Below the pieces are notes generated by a model. That model ran no database searches. It saw nothing but the letters and a program-made list of their open reading frames with translations, and was not told where the DNA came from. A DNA stretch of 64,000 nt, taken from NCBI GenBank assembly GCA_951406725.2, contig OX597814.1:177444001-177508000 (forward strand), given 5' to 3'. The DNA is from Octopus vulgaris (lineage: Eukaryota). Below are positions 59,162-64,000 of this stretch, piece after piece (the stretch's first letter is position 1; the number at the start of each line of letters is the position of its first letter). The translations under genes and the position numbers were made by a program.

Positions 59162-60757
59162 ATATATATAGATAGATATGTACCTTCATGGATACAAACA
59201 CAGAGGCACACACATATACGCACAACAGTTGAATTAAAACGTATGGATTAGATATGTGATACTGCTGACAACTAGCCAAATAAACATCCCTTTTTTCTCG
59301 TTATTTTAAAATTTGGTAAACTTCTGTCAATAAATAATATCACAATGAAGCAATAATATACAATGAAAAGAGAAGAAACAAAGATGAACATAAACCCAAG
59401 AAACACAACAGAAAACGAACCAACAAATACAATACACATTCATATTGGATTTCATATAAAGTGAAGCAAGAGAGAAATAAATTTAGTACATGTATATTAT
59501 TAAAGTAAAAGTACAATGCATAACCCTTCAGCTGTTAAGATCAAACGGTTTAACTGTGTAAATCAATTGTGATGTTGCTCTCTCCATTTGCCTTCTGTTC
59601 AAATATGAGATTTTATTCCTTTGTAGTTTGTTAAATCATTCCTTTTTCTGATGATGATAAATATATCATACAGCCATCTCTTGTTCGAGTTCTTAATGTG
59701 CCACGTATTGAAGTTATGTGGAATATGTCATATAAACAGACAAATACGCCAAACCCGATTTCCTGGAATATATGCAAATATATACAGACATACGTACATA
59801 CTGATATACGTCATCTCAACTACTTTAACGAGTCGAAATTCCTGTAACTCACCCACTCTCCGGCCCTCTCTCTCTCTCTCTCTCTTTGTTCCTTCAGACA
59901 ACGTCCAGAATTGGATTTACTTATAAATACGTGTATGTATTAAAGGATTAAAAGTGCAACAACACTCATATACCTGTAATATATGTTACATGTGATTCTT
60001 CAGAAGGTAGATTTTCCATAGTTAAATTCACAAGTTTTCAATTTCTATTTCCTCTTGCTTTTTCTATTTTTTATAATTATTTATTTGTTTTCCCGTTTAA
60101 CTATTTCATCTGTGACGACTTACATGTCATTTCTCTATATCGTTACAGCATTTTATGAAAGGAAATTTAATTTGGATCCCCATATTTATTGCCTACTTAA
60201 TTGATCCCAGCTCTCTTAAAATTCATTCCGTCCCTTTCTCTTTTATATCACTCGTATTCTGCCACATTCCTACCTTCATTCATATATTCTTTCTACTTCT
60301 TGGTTTCCTTCCTTCCAGCTTGCGTAATTCTTTCTTTCTCTAATTCTTTCATTCTTTCCTTCCAATTATCTTTTCATTTATTAATCTTCCTCCCCTTACT
60401 TCTTACCTTTCATTCATTCATCTCTTCCTACTTTTCTTCCATTCATTCATTCATTGTTTCTTTCTTTCTTTGATATTGTAGAATAACGATTTGTAAAAAG
60501 CCAAGGAACTTTCCTTAAGATGATAGAATTGTCATTTTTGCATATTGTTTTTGAATACTGGATAGTCTATGTAACTGTGTATAATTTCGTCTTTTAGACT
60601 TCGTGTGACAGTCGGAGAAGGTGACATCAGATCTACGAAGACATTTCAGCATGCACAAGCTATACATTCTCAGAGACAGAGAGACAGAGAGACATACAGG
60701 TACACATATATACAGAGGCATGAGTATATATGAGTTTGCAGCGTGTGGGTGTGTGTG

Positions 60758-60841
<84 letters not shown>

Positions 60842-61005
60842 TGTATGTATGTATGTATGTATAGTTGGAATTTACAAGAAAAACAAAAGAAAAGACGAAG
60901 ACGAATGTGTAAACAATAAACAGATGTATTAGTTTAACGCTAGGGAAGTGTGAAAGTCTTTTACGTTTCGAGGCTACGCTCTTCAACAGAAAGGAACACA
61001 GAAAT

Positions 61006-61037
<32 letters not shown>

Positions 61038-61575
61038 GCTCAGTGGCTAGCGATCAATCATGGTGAAATATATATATATATATATATATATGAAGAGACA
61101 AAATATGGACAAGCTCGTTTATATGGAGTGATATCATTTATTTCATTTAGGAAGGATGTTACAGAAACGTAACCATAAAAATTTTTATTGAGGGAAAAAT
61201 ATTTTTAGAAATATCTTTACAGCTGTTTCAAAAGTTCAGTCATTGGTTAATATCATAATGCATGTTACACAGATACGTAATATTAGAAAACAAACTAGCA
61301 TGAGCCAGTTTGAAATCAGTGTAAGGCTGAATGCATAACATTGTCAAATTTCGGTCCCTAGTTTAGACACTAGCATGTATAAACGACATTATATTACAAG
61401 CAATAATCATCCAAATGGCAATTGCTAGGTTCTCTGAAATTACAGTTATGCATATCTCGTGTCAAATTACTATTAGCGTTGCTGTTTTTAATGTCAATAT
61501 ATACATTCTTCTCCATATTATGAAGAATATTACCAATACTGTCAATGAAATTATTATTATCATGTTAGTATTAAG

Positions 61576-61912
61576 GAAGGCGCATGGCTCAGTGGTTAGA
61601 GCGTCGAGCTTACGATCGTGAGGTTGTGAGCTCGAATCCCGGACCGGGCTGCGTGTTGTGTTCTCGAGCAAGGCACTTTATTTCACGTTGCTCCAGTTCA
61701 CTCAGCTGTAGAAATGAGTTGCGACGTCACAGGTGCCAAGCTGTATCGACCTTTGTCTTTCCCTTGGATAACACTGGTGGCGTGGAGAGGGAGGCTGGTA
61801 TGCATGGGCGACTGCTAGCCTTCCATAAACAACCTTGCCCGGACTTGTGTCTAGGAGGGTAACTTTCTAGGTGCAATCCCATGGTCATTCATGACCGAAG
61901 GGGGTCTTTACC
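61576..61912 (+). mobile_element. Full-length tRNA-derived CORE-like SINE
   Basis: tggctcagtggttagagc A box, gctcgaatccc B box, ctcgagcaaggcactttatttc; tagtattaa on both flanks is a probable target-site duplication. Confidence 0.9.
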
Positions 61913-61982
61913 CTAGTATTAACATGAATATGACAACATTTAATCTCTTTATTTTTGAGACTGATAAATTAAATTATTATTA

Positions 61983-62020
<38 letters not shown>

Positions 62021-62139
62021 GTTATTAGTAGTAGTAGAATTAGTAGTTGTAGTAGTATTAGTAGTGGTAGTGGTGGTGGTGGTGGTTGTAATAGTAGTAG
62101 ACGCGTTGTTACTGATAATGATAATTCCTTCTGGTAATA

Positions 62140-62313
62140 TTCTTTTATTCGTTTACTTGTTTCAGTTATTTTACTGCAACGATGCTGGAGCACCACCTTT
62201 AGTCGAACTAAGCCAAGTACTTTTTCTATCGGTGTCTTTTCCCGAACTGCTAAGTTATGGGGGCGTGAACACACCAACATCGGTTGTGAAGCAATGGTGG
62301 AGGGACAAACACA

Positions 62314-62350
<37 letters not shown>

Positions 62351-62508
62351 TCACACACACACATATATATATATATATACGACGGGCTTCTTTCAGCTTC
62401 CATCAACCAAATCCACTGACAAGGCCGAATATGTCACGCATTTAGACTGAACCCAGAACCATATGGTTGGTAAGCAAGCTTTTTACCATACAGCCACTCC
62501 TACGCCTA
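62140..62508 (-). mobile_element. 6879-type SINE with an internal deletion
   Basis: Reverse-complement head and tail. Confidence 0.88.
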
Positions 62509-62632
62509 TATGTTTCGGTTTTTAATTTATTTTACTTTCGGCTTCAATTTCGCAGGCTATTGTAGCGTGTGATGTTGCTTTTGTTTCTAGTGCAGTTAAT
62601 GCTGACAGTAGTAACATTAATACCATTACTGT

Positions 62633-63493
62633 TGTGTTGAGTCAAAAGCTTTGCCATATGTTGATAACTCATATGCTTTATTCGTCAAGTTACATCAAAA
62701 GCAGCCTAGCATTCAAATTAGAGGCCATCGTACTACACCGTCTCATGTCACCTGTCTGCCAGTTTTCTAATACTACGTCGATACCAATTTTCGTCTTTCG
62801 AAGCGAAGAACTCCTTCGCTGAAATTTCCATTTCCTCTTCGTTAATGACCAGTCGCGAGCGCAGGAAGAGAGCCATGGATCAGAACAAATAATAATCCGA
62901 GGGAGATATTTCCCCACAGTCTTAACACGCATAAGCAATATTTAGGAAGAGGTCAGCATGGGTGTTTTGTACACAAGGTGATGCTCTGAGCCTGGTGTCA
63001 TTTCGAAGAGATAATTCACTACAAATTCGTTCAGGACCGTCAAACCATCAATGTCAAACTGTACTCCGAACAACTAGAGCGGATACATATGAGTGTGCAG
63101 CAAATATATTCTGCATTCGTTAAAAGAAAAACGAGATCGTCTGCAGCTAGACAATACTAGGACTCATACCAATACCCATCGAAAAATCCGGAGTAAACTA
63201 CAAGAACTTGAGGGAATCAAACTGGTGACACACCCAACATATATTCCAGACCTAGCTCTAATCCATGGCTTACTCCCAATGGTCGCGACTCTTTTTCAAC
63301 CAAGAGGAGGTGTAAACCTCAGTGAAGGACTTGTTCTCTTCGAAGGATGAGAACTGCTATTACCATGGGACCAAAGAAGTAGCAGAAGTGTGACTTCAAA
63401 CGGTGCAGCACGATGGCTTCTACTTTGAATATTAGGCTACATTGTTAATGCAAATAAGTCACAAGAATATTGCAAAACTTTTAACACAAGATT
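62633..63493 (+). mobile_element. Internally deleted mariner transposon with both TIRs
   Basis: KVML.AW..FEEIIHY...LYSEQL, LQLDNTRTH and HPTYIPDLA motifs; left end gttgagtcaaaagctttgccata resembles the reverse complement of right end tattgcaaaacttttaacacaa. Confidence 0.85.
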
Positions 63494-64000
63494 ATATTAC
63501 AATAATTATGCTCAGGGTAACTAGAAATAATGTTAAAAGAGTCTCCAGTGTACGGATCGATAAGGCGCAGCTTTCGTATACTAGGTGACGCGATTATAGA
63601 TCCAAGCTGAGGTGAAGTAGAATAAGAGGAATTAAGAACGTTGCGAAAGAATCTAGCAAACGCTGTTGATAGCTTAACTAAACAATTAATCAAGCACTCG
63701 AGTAGTTAATGGGTTAAATGATTAATTGATTGACCAATAATAACAAAAGAATTATAAATGAACGAGTGCGAGTGTTTTCAGTGGCAGAATGATCTTTCGC
63801 CAAAACAGCAATTTATATGCGTGTGTGCGCGTGCTCGTGTGTATATTATATATGTATACATATAAATAATACACACATATATATGTGTATCTGTATATAT
63901 AGATGGGTATATCGATATATATATATATATATAGATAGATAGGTATATCGATATATATATATATATATATATAGATAGGTATATCGATATATATATATAT

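Noticed and set aside
63900-64000. Short repeats agataggtatatcga separated by (TA)n
   Set aside because: Ordinary compound microsatellite slippage, truncated by the window edge.

Overview
AT-rich, microsatellite-saturated eukaryotic DNA. The tRNA-derived SINE families and (TA)n/(TAA)n/(CTAT)n load resemble an Octopus (coleoid cephalopod) genome; this is recognition, not a database result. Almost all supplied ORFs are microsatellite read-throughs. Contents: (1) many tRNA-derived SINEs, four clear decayed mariner transposases, Helitron relics including a PIF1-type helicase fragment, and a U6 snRNA pseudogene abutting a SINE head. (2) A hand-assembled chain of 7-8 small, phase-compatible minus-strand exons (58.7 kb to 1.8 kb) encoding an unidentified protein. 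(3) The most striking signal: a set of Penelope-like or retrozyme-type non-coding elements carrying type I hammerhead ribozyme motifs, mostly inserted in microsatellites and often with inverted arms. The best example (10834-12455) is a 337-bp palindrome fused to about 2.4 tandem 535-bp units with two intact hammerheads, predicted to self-cleave into a 535-nt monomer. A second family joins a tRNA-like Pol III head to a hammerhead-like tail. All coordinates were counted by eye and may be off by a few bases.
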